A DNA stretch of 62,861 bases, counting the filler. It is 4 parts of 4 records of this genome, joined end to end, with 100 filler letters (N's around TTAATTAATTAA, not from the genome) between each part and the next. Parts side by side here need not be neighbours in the genome. Positions count along the whole stretch, not along the records: positions 16,416 to 41,118 come from DRR723986_5583; positions 41,219 to 56,526 come from DRR723986_5598; 2 more parts are not named here. One strand, written 5' to 3'. The notes below the pieces were generated by a model. That model was given only the letters and a program-made list of their open reading frames with translations. It searched no databases and was not told the origin of the DNA. Shown here piece after piece: positions 38,051-47,054 of this stretch (positions within the stretch are counted from its first letter, which is position 1; each line of letters starts with the position of its first letter). The translations under genes were made by a program, and so were the position numbers.

Positions 38051-40096
38051 TCAACTCCCGAATACGCGGTTCACTTCGTTGATCGAAATAACGCCATCCT
38101 TGACAAGCTGCGATGCTTGCTCGCGAAGAGGCACCATGCCAGCTTCGATGGACGCTTCCCGGATCTCTGCTAGCGACGCCTTGTTACGAACCAGCTCGCG
38201 GATAACCGGTGTTGCTTCAGTGATCTCATACACGGCCCTGCGACTCATCACTCGCCGTCCCTCACAAACCGGGCAAACCAAAACCATTTCGGCACTGCTG
38301 CGATAAAGGGAGGCGTTGGGCTGAATGCCAACCTCACCGGCCAATTCATCATCGGCCGAGTACTCAATCCTGCAGTGTGGACACAGTTTTCGACATAGAG
38401 ACTGGGAGACAATCGCGCGAACCGTCGAAGCAACTGCAGTGGCGTCACCTACAAGATCTGTCAGGCGTTGGAATCCGCCAACTGAGTCGGTAGCGTGCAT
38501 CGTTGCCAGAACAAGCTGGCCCGTCTGTGCTGCTTGAACAGCGATCTTTGCCGTCTCAGCGTCGCGAATCTCGCCGATAAAAACGACGTCGGCGTCGAGC
38601 CTCAAGATGGACCGCAGTGCGGATTCAAATGTCTGGCCCGCCTTCAGATTGACTTCGACTTGATCCACATTTGGGATTTGATACTCAATCGGATCTTCGA
38701 TCGACACAATGTTCTTGATAGAGGTATCGATCAACTGGACAGCCGAGCAGGCCGTTGTCGACTTGCCCGCCCCAGTTGCTCCGACAAACAGAATCAAGCC
38801 ATGCTTCTGGGCCAGTTGGCGTTCGCATTTCACGCGGACATCATCCGGCATCCCCAGCGAAGCGAGATCTGTGAATGTGTTTGACGGATCCAGGATGCGG
38901 ATACTCAGCTTCTCCCCCGCCTGCGTCGCTTGGCTTGAAACGCGAAAGCTCAACCGACGTTCGCCAACATCGGCCAAGAAGCTGCCGTCTTGAGAGCGCC
39001 GCTTGTCGGCAATGCTCAGCTCACTAAGAATCTTGAAAATGTTGATCACCGACGATCCCAGTGAGAGCGGCAGTTCAGCCAAACTGGAAAGCGTGCCGTC
39101 GATACGCTGCTTGATTTCGACGGTCTTGGGACGCGTATTGATGTGCAGGTCGGTTGCGTTGTCTGCGACTGCTTTGCCGATTGTCGACAGAACATACTGA
39201 AACGCCGGCGAGTCCTCGACGGACTGACTTACACTGCCAGTCGTTTCGCGAAGTGCCGATTTGCCGACGAATCGAACCGTGACTGTATTGTCGTCACCCG
39301 AACTCGCGTCGCCATCGATCGCTTCGAAAACTGGCTTTGCAATAGCACGATCTTTCAGCGACGGCAACCACCCCAACTGAGGAGCAGATTCGACCAAGTG
39401 CGACCGCTGCCAATTGACGAACATCGAATAGGGCAAGAAGACGCCGGCCATCAACAGGAGCGCTCCAGCCCCCGCCGCAGGTACGACTAGCGAAGCGATC
39501 AATCCAAAGATGCCGGCGGTAAATAACAAAGCGTTCCAACCACGCAAGGAACCTCGGGCGTCGACCTCAACGCTCCCCTGAACTTCGCTGTCCGAAGCCA
39601 CTTGCAAACATCGAAGCCAAAAAATCACGGCACCGATGATCACAGCAATTTTGACCAACGCGAAGACTTGATTCTGCCAAGAATCCTGGCTGCTTCGCAT
39701 CGTACTCGTTGGGAAATTGAGCAGTCCAAAATCGCTCATCTGCGGAAAATCAACTTCACCAGGAGACTCTCCGGTGAGGGATACCGTCCGGATTACAGCC
39801 TGCTCAAACGCTGCCACATCCGAGTAGTCATCCGCCTGGCCATTAACGCCATATGACTGGGCACTAGCGTTATCTGCCGAGCCGCTATCACCGGCCGAGG
39901 CTCCTGCATTCTGGCGTGCAGATGCAGAATCTTGATCTGTGCTCGCATCGTTTGGACCAGCGTTTGTTGCCTGATCCGCTGGCGCGCTAAATTTTTCGTT
40001 TTGGGCCAGCGAAATCTGAAAAAACACCAAAATTATCGTTAGAGCGAGAACGCAACGAGTAGTTGAAAACAGGATGTGAGGAGGCAAGCGTTCCAT
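38051..40096 (-). CDS. GspE/PilB-family secretion ATPase with N-terminal membrane region
   Basis: GATGAGKS, EDPIEY, LRLDADVVFIGEIRD, ATMH, CPHC..CPVC. Confidence 0.92.
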   Translation of the reverse strand: MERLPPHILFSTTRCVLALTIILVFFQISLAQNEKFSAPADQATNAGPNDASTDQDSASARQNAGASAGDSGSADNASAQSYGVNGQADDYSDVAAFEQAVIRTVSLTGESPGEVDFPQMSDFGLLNFPTSTMRSSQDSWQNQVFALVKIAVIIGAVIFWLRCLQVASDSEVQGSVEVDARGSLRGWNALLFTAGIFGLIASLVVPAAGAGALLLMAGVFLPYSMFVNWQRSHLVESAPQLGWLPSLKDRAIAKPVFEAIDGDASSGDDNTVTVRFVGKSALRETTGSVSQSVEDSPAFQYVLSTIGKAVADNATDLHINTRPKTVEIKQRIDGTLSSLAELPLSLGSSVINIFKILSELSIADKRRSQDGSFLADVGERRLSFRVSSQATQAGEKLSIRILDPSNTFTDLASLGMPDDVRVKCERQLAQKHGLILFVGATGAGKSTTACSAVQLIDTSIKNIVSIEDPIEYQIPNVDQVEVNLKAGQTFESALRSILRLDADVVFIGEIRDAETAKIAVQAAQTGQLVLATMHATDSVGGFQRLTDLVGDATAVASTVRAIVSQSLCRKLCPHCRIEYSADDELAGEVGIQPNASLYRSSAEMVLVCPVCEGRRVMSRRAVYEITEATPVIRELVRNKASLAEIREASIEAGMVPLREQASQLVKDGVISINEVNRVFGS

Positions 40097-40511
40097 TGGG
40101 GGCTGCTTTTGAAAAGACCTTCAGACAAGGAACCAACGAATCCACACGAGTAAACTCCAGACACGCCCCTGTGTTGCGTCGACAACCCAAAATTCTCCGC
40201 AAGATCCTTCGAATTCCATTCTCACTCTTGGCCAGCCTTGCTGCCCCGGGGCGGCGGCTATTTCAAATACGGGCGGTTCGGTCATGACTCCAGAGTCGTT
40301 TCCGAGCTTCTGCTAAGTCAGACAGACACCAAGCCCAGATGCACCAAACAGTATTTCCAGGGCCCGCTCTCTTGACTTGCGACTTGCCCCCACAAGCGAT
40401 GGCGACGGAAGGCTGTCGCTTCAAGCTTTGCAGTGGAGCTGGGGAGTCGCCTTCTTTCACGCATGCGAGTACGTCAGTCAGCTACGGGCAGATCAGAATT
40501 CCCGATGCTTT

Positions 40512-40922
40512 TTACTCGATGCTTTTTGAGAATACAGACTTTAGGGATTTCGCTTCTATCACCAGCCCTAACTTCTTCTGCGATTTGTTCAAAATTAGCC
40601 GCTCTACCTTGATCGCCTCACACGCCTTGCTGGATTTGTCGGGGAACAACAGCAGTGTCATTTCGGATATCTGGTCGTTAGCTTTCACTGAAGCCAGTTG
40701 TAATACGCATCGTTCACCTAGGCTGTGGTGGGATGTTCGCACTGCTCTCGGACTAGCGACGGCTATCCCATCTGCCTTTGCGATGCCAACCGAGAGTATC
40801 TGCATCTCAGCATGTGAATGCAAACCGCCAGCAGAAATTGGCTCTGGATTTGGATCTTGCGTTGATCCCCATACAATTGAACACAATGCACTTAACAAGA
40901 CTAGCGAATTCATAATTATCAC
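40512..40922 (-). CDS. Hypothetical secreted protein
   Basis: 136-aa ORF with a hydrophobic signal-like N-terminus in an AT-richer segment. Confidence 0.4.
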   Translation of the reverse strand: MIIMNSLVLLSALCSIVWGSTQDPNPEPISAGGLHSHAEMQILSVGIAKADGIAVASPRAVRTSHHSLGERCVLQLASVKANDQISEMTLLLFPDKSSKACEAIKVERLILNKSQKKLGLVIEAKSLKSVFSKSIE

Positions 40923-41118
40923 TCACTACCAGTTGAGGGGATGTCCCGGGAGTTGTTAAAACTTCGGATGGCCATAGGGTGAATTAGGTAGTTATAGGTT
41001 AGAAAAACAGATTGGATTTGGCAAAGGGTTAGCGTTGATTGGCTTCAGGAATTTACGCAGCTGAGACACAGCCTCTTGGGCTGCCTCATATCGGGAATAC
41101 CACGGCAAATAGCCAACA

Positions 41119-41218
41119 NNNNNNNNNNNNNNNNNNNNNNNNNNNNNNNNNNNNNNNNNNNNTTAATTAATTAANNNNNNNNNNNNNNNNNNNNNNNNNN
41201 NNNNNNNNNNNNNNNNNN
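41119..41218. other. Artificial contig linker
   Basis: 44 N + TTAATTAATTAA + 44 N. Confidence 0.99.
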
Positions 41219-41276
41219 GTAAGGCACCGGTTTTTGGTACCGGCATTCCCAGGTTCGAATCCTGGCACCCCAGCCA
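41219..41276 (+). tRNA. tRNA-Gln(TTG), 5'-truncated
   Basis: Anticodon stem CCGGT/ACCGG with loop TT-TTG-GT, T-arm CCAGG-TTCGAAT-CCTGG, 3' GCCA. Confidence 0.95.
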
Positions 41277-41707
41277 TTCTTTCCCGGCGCCTCCTGCCTG
41301 ACGGTTTTGCTGCCCGGTCAGCTTCTCATCAGAGTTGGATATTGCGGGCGCACACTGCATGCGACGTGTTGCGTTCGAGCAGCCGCCAGATATTTTCTAA
41401 ATGAATCGTAAAGCCTTGTTGATCGTGTCACGGAGGGTTGTTAGCGTCCGGTTTCACAGCTAAGGGCTTTGCCGCGGGCCTGCCAGAAGGCAGGCCTATC
41501 AGGGATCAATGACAGAGGGTGGATAACGCCCCGGAAAACTCAGGGGAGGTGTTGGGCGGTCTCCGTCTCTCTGCTTCCAAGGAAACTTGCCTCGTTTTGT
41601 GTGTGAGGCTTTGTAAGGACCGGGACGCTCTCGTTAGCGGAGTGCCCGAATGTCGGATTTCCCGCGCAACACCAGCGCGACCGTTTGGAGAGTGAGAGGC
41701 AAACCTC

Positions 41708-42475
41708 ATGAAGAAACTTCTGTCACCAGCTCGCGGCGTGATCGCCGCGGCGCTTATCGCAGGACTGGCCATTCCGGCTCAGGCCCAGTTGCGCCAGGCG
41801 CTCGATGTCGGCGAACAGGCGACCCGCCGTGCAGAGCAGGTCCAGAACCAGATCAACCAGCTGGATGATGAGCGGACCGACATGGTTCGCGAATATCGTA
41901 CGCTTCTGCAGCGCCGCGACGCTGCTGACCTGTACGCAAAACAGCAGGAACTGGTTGTTGCCTCGCAGCGCGAAGAAATTGCATCGCTGACCGAGCAGCT
42001 CGGCTCGATCGACGACATCACCGCACAAACCGTCCCGATGCTTCTCAGCATGGTCGAAGACCTGAAAACCTTCGTGGCCGCTGACCTGCCATTCAAGAAG
42101 GTTGAGCGTTCCGCCCGCATGGAAGCGCTCGACGGCATCATGTCCCAACCGGACGTGACGCCGGCAGAGCAGTATCGCCTGATCATGGAGGCCTATCAGG
42201 CCGAGATGGAATACGGCCGCACGATCAGCACCTGGCAGGAAGAAATCGACATCGACGGTAATCCGACGACCGTCGACATGTTCCTCTATGGTCGCGTTGC
42301 GCTCGTTTATCTGACGCCGAACGGCAAGGCCGCCAGCTACAACCGTTCCACCGGTTCGTGGGAAGCGCTTCCGGGCAAGTACGTGTCTGATATCCAGAAA
42401 GCCATCCGGGTTGCTCAGGCCAAGGCGCAGCAGACTGTCCTGTTCGCTCCGATCCAGAAGTTCCAGGTCCAGTAA
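41708..42475 (+). CDS. DUF3450 (TtpB-like) periplasmic protein
   Basis: Signal peptide, coiled coil, FV.ADLPF...ER..R, EAYQ.E.EYG, GRVAL.Y. Confidence 0.88.
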   Translation: MKKLLSPARGVIAAALIAGLAIPAQAQLRQALDVGEQATRRAEQVQNQINQLDDERTDMVREYRTLLQRRDAADLYAKQQELVVASQREEIASLTEQLGSIDDITAQTVPMLLSMVEDLKTFVAADLPFKKVERSARMEALDGIMSQPDVTPAEQYRLIMEAYQAEMEYGRTISTWQEEIDIDGNPTTVDMFLYGRVALVYLTPNGKAASYNRSTGSWEALPGKYVSDIQKAIRVAQAKAQQTVLFAPIQKFQVQ

Positions 42476-42508
42476 GGCCCGGCTCAGAGAACTAAGAGGA
42501 AAACCGTA

Positions 42509-43903
42509 ATGTTGAATTTCAAATCCTCGCTGAAGGCTCTGGGTGCAGCATCGCTGCTCGGCCTTAGCGCAATGACCTTCGCCGCACCGGCGTCTGCTCA
42601 GTCACTTGCCGATGTGCTCAAGCGCGTTCAGGCAGATTCCAATGAGATGACTGCTGAAAACCAGCAGCGTCTCAGAGAGTTCCAGCAAGACAAGAACGCT
42701 CAGGAAGCCAAGATGGCTGAAGCCCGTGGCGCTCTGAACGCTGCTGAAGCTCGCGGCCGTGCCCTCGGTGCCGAGTTTGATGCAAACGAGGCCACGCTTG
42801 CCGATCTGGAAGCACAGGTCACGGCTCAGGCCGGCGACTTCCAGGAGCTGCTTGGTCAGTTCCGTTCGGCAGCTGGTGAAACCATGCCGGAAATCGCGAA
42901 CTCCTTCGCAAACTTCGACTATCAGGGCCGCGTTGAAGGCATCGCCGAAATCGCTGAAGCCCGCACGCTTCCGAACCGCGCTCAGCTGGAGCGTCTCCCG
43001 AAGGCGATCCTCCAGGAAATGATCGCTCAGTCCGAAGTCAAAACCTTCACCGCCACGGTTGATGGTGTCGGCCCGGATGCTTCGAACGCTGACGTCGAAC
43101 TGATGCGTGTTGGTGTTTTCACCGCGGCAACGACCGACGGCGCCAAGTTCGTCGAAGTCAAAAAGAAAGACAACGGCGACACCTTCCTGCAGGCCTTCAA
43201 GACTCAGCCGGCTGGCTCTTACGCGGGTGCAATGAAGTCGCTCATCAATGCTGGTCCTGACCAGCTTGTCCGCGCACCGGTCGATCCGTCGAAAGGTAAC
43301 CTGTTCGGTATCCTCGGCGACCTGCCTGTCCTCAGCGACCGTATCAAGCAGGGTGGCCCGGTTGGTGCCGTCATCATGTTCCTGCTGGCGATCGGCCTGC
43401 TGATCGGCTTCTACAAGATGTTCACCCTGTTCACGATGGGCGGTTCCATGCGCAAGACGGCGAAAACCCGTCAGGCCGGCGACAGCAATCCGCTGGCACG
43501 CCTGTTCGAAACCTACGAACAGAACCGTGGTTCCGACATCGAGACGCTGGAACTCAAGCTGGATGAACAGATCCTGCGTGAATCGCCGCGCATCGAACGC
43601 TTCAACGACATCGTGAAAGTCCTGTCGGCTGTTTCTCCGCTGCTCGGCCTTCTTGGTACGGTTATCGGTATGATCATCACCTTTACGTCGATCACCATCT
43701 ACGGTGCCGGCGATCCGAAGCTGATGGCTGGCGGTATCTCGGTCGCTCTTATGACCACCGTGTTCGGTCTCGTTTCCGCCATCCCGCTTCTGCTGGTCCA
43801 CGCAATCATCGCCTCGATGGCTCGCGGTAATCAGCAGATCCTCGACGAGCAGGCTGCTGGCCTGATCGCTGAGAAGGCGGAATCCCTGCGTGGTGCGGCG
43901 TAA
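42509..43903 (+). CDS. ttpC: TtpC-like large MotA/TolQ/ExbB protein
   Basis: Signal peptide, long periplasmic domain (RVGVF, PVDPSKG), PLLGLLGTVIGMI, LMAGGIS.ALMTT. Confidence 0.85.
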   Translation: MLNFKSSLKALGAASLLGLSAMTFAAPASAQSLADVLKRVQADSNEMTAENQQRLREFQQDKNAQEAKMAEARGALNAAEARGRALGAEFDANEATLADLEAQVTAQAGDFQELLGQFRSAAGETMPEIANSFANFDYQGRVEGIAEIAEARTLPNRAQLERLPKAILQEMIAQSEVKTFTATVDGVGPDASNADVELMRVGVFTAATTDGAKFVEVKKKDNGDTFLQAFKTQPAGSYAGAMKSLINAGPDQLVRAPVDPSKGNLFGILGDLPVLSDRIKQGGPVGAVIMFLLAIGLLIGFYKMFTLFTMGGSMRKTAKTRQAGDSNPLARLFETYEQNRGSDIETLELKLDEQILRESPRIERFNDIVKVLSAVSPLLGLLGTVIGMIITFTSITIYGAGDPKLMAGGISVALMTTVFGLVSAIPLLLVHAIIASMARGNQQILDEQAAGLIAEKAESLRGAA

Positions 43904-43939
43904 GCCGCTCCCCGTAGCCTCAACTGAGGAGGAGCCCGT

Positions 43940-44449
43940 ATGGGTTTGCTAGATCTACAAGCTTTCCTCGACCGAGGCGGTCCGGTGTTGCTGGTTATTA
44001 TGTTTGCAACATTCGTTATGTGGGCACTGATCCTGGAACGTGTGTTCTATTTCAGATTTGCCCATAAGCAGGTGGCCGCTGAGGCGATTGCGGAGTGGCG
44101 TTCGCGCTCCGACAGGAAATCGACCTTCGCTCACTGGATCCGCGATAAGCTGGTCTCAGAAGTCCGCATGAAAGCGGAGCAGAATGTCAGCCTGACCAAG
44201 GCAATGGTGTCTCTGGCACCGCTGCTGGGTCTGCTGGGTACCGTGACCGGGATGGTCGCCGTGTTTGACGTCATGGCGATCACGAATGGTGCAGATGCGA
44301 AGGCCATGTCGGCCGGTGTGTCGCGTGCCACGATCCCGACCATGGCCGGCATGGTGGCGTCTCTGTCCGGCATTCTATTCACGTCCGGCATGGACCGCCG
44401 GGTTGCCCGCTCGGTCCAGCAGGTTGAAGACGCGATGGAGATTAGCTGA
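43940..44449 (+). CDS. exbB: ExbB-family proton channel
   Basis: APLLGLLGTVTGM, GVSRATIPTMAGM. Confidence 0.9.
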   Translation: MGLLDLQAFLDRGGPVLLVIMFATFVMWALILERVFYFRFAHKQVAAEAIAEWRSRSDRKSTFAHWIRDKLVSEVRMKAEQNVSLTKAMVSLAPLLGLLGTVTGMVAVFDVMAITNGADAKAMSAGVSRATIPTMAGMVASLSGILFTSGMDRRVARSVQQVEDAMEIS

Positions 44450-44868
44450 TGCGAGGACGTACTCATGACGCGCCTGAAGAGGCCAATGTCGACCTCACGC
44501 CGATGCTGGATGTTGTTTTCATCCTGCTCATCTTCTTCATCGTGACCTCGACGTTCGCGCAGGAAAAAGCGATGGGCCTTGAGCCTCCGCCGCCGCCTGC
44601 ACCGCCAGATCAGGAGCAGACGCAATCTGTGCCTGCGATTCTGATCTATGTGGATGAGTCCAACATGATCACGGTCAATGGCCGGAACACCGATATCGGC
44701 TCTGTTCGGGCCAATATCGAACGTGTTCGGGCAGAGACGCCGGAAAGCCAGGTCATAATTCAGGCACATCCGCGTGCGAAAAGTGGTGTCATCGTCCTTA
44801 TCCGGGACGCCGCCTATAACGCCGGCTATCAGACGGGGGTTAACCTCGTTCTGTCGCAGGACCAGTAA
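44449..44868 (+). CDS. exbD: ExbD
   Basis: DLTPMLDVVFILLIFFIVT. Confidence 0.92.
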   Translation: MRGRTHDAPEEANVDLTPMLDVVFILLIFFIVTSTFAQEKAMGLEPPPPPAPPDQEQTQSVPAILIYVDESNMITVNGRNTDIGSVRANIERVRAETPESQVIIQAHPRAKSGVIVLIRDAAYNAGYQTGVNLVLSQDQ

Positions 44869-44882
44869 GAGGAGCACCCAGT

Positions 44883-45299
44883 ATGGCACGCAGAAAACGC
44901 CAGGCTTTTGCCTCAGGGGGTGCAGAGGATGATGTAAACCTCACGCCGATGCTCGACGTGGTGTTCATCCTTCTCATCTTCTTCATCGTGACGGCCCAGT
45001 TCATCAAGGAGCCGGGTGTCGGTATCATCCGTCCGGACGTGGACAACAAGGCGGATGCCAAGCCGCTCGCCATCCTGATCGCGATCACTGACGAAAGCGA
45101 AATCTACATCGACAAGAAGCTGATCTCTCCGGAGGAAGTTGGCTTCACCATCAAGCAGATGCGTGAAGATAACCCCCGCGGTGAAATCGTGGTTCAGGCT
45201 GACGTGAATTCGTCTGCCGAAACGCTCGTCGATGTGATGGAGACCATCAACCGCCTCGATGGTGCCACCGCCATCAACATCTCGGCCAAGATTGAATAG
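44883..45299 (+). CDS. exbD: ExbD (second copy)
   Basis: NLTPMLDVVFILLIFFIVT, VVQAD. Confidence 0.92.
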   Translation: MARRKRQAFASGGAEDDVNLTPMLDVVFILLIFFIVTAQFIKEPGVGIIRPDVDNKADAKPLAILIAITDESEIYIDKKLISPEEVGFTIKQMREDNPRGEIVVQADVNSSAETLVDVMETINRLDGATAINISAKIE

Positions 45300-45308
45300 G
45301 AGAACACG

Positions 45309-45932
45309 ATGTTCACTAATCCCCTGACGAGACTGTTGGTTGGTGTCGCTATTGCTATTCCGATTGTTTATCTCCTTTTCATCGTCATGAGCCAGCTCAT
45401 CTTGGTGAAGGAAGTGAACCTGGAAAAGGGTGAGCAGCGGGTTCTTACAGCTATCACGCCGCAGCAACAGGACTCCGAGGTTCGCACGCGTCAGCGTTCG
45501 AAGCCAAAGCGGATCGACTCGGCCAAGAAGCCGCCGCCGCCGCCGAAGGTTTCGGCCACGAAGTCCAACATCAACCTGCCGACGCCGCAGATTGAGGGTG
45601 CTGCACCGACCGAGCTCAATCTCGGCCGCATGCAGTCGCTCGCGATCGACCCGGTGGCGATCTCGGACCGTGACGCGCAGCCGATCCGTCCCCCGGTGCC
45701 AACCTATCCGCAGCGTGCTGCTGAGCGGGGTATCGAAGGTTCGTGTGAGGTGCGCTTCGATGTGGATACCCGCGGTAAGCCCTATAACATTCAGGCGACC
45801 TGCACGGACAACGTCTTCAAGCGTGAAGCTGAAAGGGCCGTCGGCCGGGTTGAGTTCGCGCCGAAGATCGTTCGCGGCAAGGCGGCTGAACGCCGGAACG
45901 TGGTTTACCCGCTGGAATTCAAACTCCAGTAA
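45309..45932 (+). CDS. tonB: Energy transducer TonB
   Basis: N-terminal TM, KPPPPP, YPQRA...GIEG...V.FDV. Confidence 0.92.
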   Translation: MFTNPLTRLLVGVAIAIPIVYLLFIVMSQLILVKEVNLEKGEQRVLTAITPQQQDSEVRTRQRSKPKRIDSAKKPPPPPKVSATKSNINLPTPQIEGAAPTELNLGRMQSLAIDPVAISDRDAQPIRPPVPTYPQRAAERGIEGSCEVRFDVDTRGKPYNIQATCTDNVFKREAERAVGRVEFAPKIVRGKAAERRNVVYPLEFKLQ

Positions 45933-45960
45933 GCCTCTGGCTTCATTGTCAAATTTCTGA

Positions 45961-45993
45961 AAAGGGCGCTCCTCGGGGCGCCCTTTCTTGTTT
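45961..45993 (+). terminator. Rho-independent terminator
   Basis: AAAGGGCGC-TCCTCGGG-GCGCCCTTT then TCTTGTTT. Confidence 0.75.
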
Positions 45994-46158
45994 GGGCGGG
46001 AAATTCGGGAGGACTTGTGAAGGCCGCCGGCAAACCCCTTCCCACGAGATTGCGGCTTGCAAATACAGGTAGAAAGAAACTCGCCTCCTCCCGGACTTTC
46101 CCTTGCGTAATCTGGTTAGTTATGTAATAAAGTTACGCAGAAGGCGTGGAGGAAAATC

Positions 46159-46848
46159 ATGATTGCATTGAATGGAAATAGCATTGGCGCGAAGGCGTCT
46201 GGCTCAGCCGGAGGATTGGCTGGGACGGGTAGCTTCCTGGGGCAGGAAAGGAGATTTCTGACTTCGCTGGCGCCGGCGGCAATCGTAACCCTTGGCTTGT
46301 TTGCCGCCATGATACAGCTGATCCGGGTCGACGAGGTTGAACTGCCTGAAGTCGTGCAGAGGCCGTTGTCCACGATAACGCCTCAGAGCGAACCCAGCGA
46401 ACCAGTGCGGATTGATCGGAATCTGGCTGCACCGCTCAATGTTGAGCTCCCGCCGATGCCACCGGTCTCCAAACTTGACACAGGCGTTTCCGGGTTGCCT
46501 GCGCCGGTCATTCAGCCCGGAAACTGGACACTTCTGCGAGAGACAATCAGGTTCGCGCCGCCTGCACCGCAGGCAATGGGCGAGCGGATCGCCCAGGCCA
46601 TCCGGCCTCCGGTTGCGTCCTATCCGAGGTCAATGGCTTCGAAAGGACTGGAGGGGACTTGTGATGTCCATTTCAGCCTCAGCACCCGAGGCCTGCCTTA
46701 CGATGTCACAGCCAATTGTTCCCATGCCGGATTCGAAAAAGAAGCCGTCCGTGCAGTCACCAGGGCTGAGTTCCTGCCAGAAATCAGGCAGGGGGTGCCT
46801 GTTGAGTCGCACAATTATGTCTATCCCATGGAATTCAGGCTGCAGTGA
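46159..46848 (+). CDS. tonB: TonB paralog
   Basis: TM anchor, Pro-rich linker, IRPP..SYP.....GLEG.C.V.F...YPMEFRLQ, collinear with the first TonB. Confidence 0.85.
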   Translation: MIALNGNSIGAKASGSAGGLAGTGSFLGQERRFLTSLAPAAIVTLGLFAAMIQLIRVDEVELPEVVQRPLSTITPQSEPSEPVRIDRNLAAPLNVELPPMPPVSKLDTGVSGLPAPVIQPGNWTLLRETIRFAPPAPQAMGERIAQAIRPPVASYPRSMASKGLEGTCDVHFSLSTRGLPYDVTANCSHAGFEKEAVRAVTRAEFLPEIRQGVPVESHNYVYPMEFRLQ

Positions 46849-47054
46849 TGTGGAATCAGCGCGTTCGCATGTGTATCAGCATTGACGAGAGGGGCGCGAC
46901 CGAACCATATCAGGGGCAAGTCACGACCAAGCTGGAAACGGGTCATTTGGCGCAAATAAAAAGCCTCAGAAGCCGCGCTGAAGTCCTTGATCCTGCCGGG
47001 CAATTCCGGTTGATTGGGTACAACTCCGCTACGCCAGCGGTCAGGAGAGGAATT

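Noticed and set aside
40339..40959. 206-aa plus-strand ORF
   Set aside because: Antisense to the signal-peptide-bearing 40512..40922 ORF, with an atypical Ser/Cys-rich composition; strand choice remains uncertain
41163..41360. 65-aa minus-strand ORF
   Set aside because: Antisense reading of tRNA-Gln that runs into the linker
41219..41707. Genomic island at tRNA-Gln
   Set aside because: No integrase, IHF or arm sites; downstream genes show core-genome-like codon usage
42602..43801. Long antisense ORFs (also 33459..34283, 47106..47972, 52310..53248, 53934..54860, 60950..61990)
   Set aside because: Shadow frames of well-supported GC-rich genes
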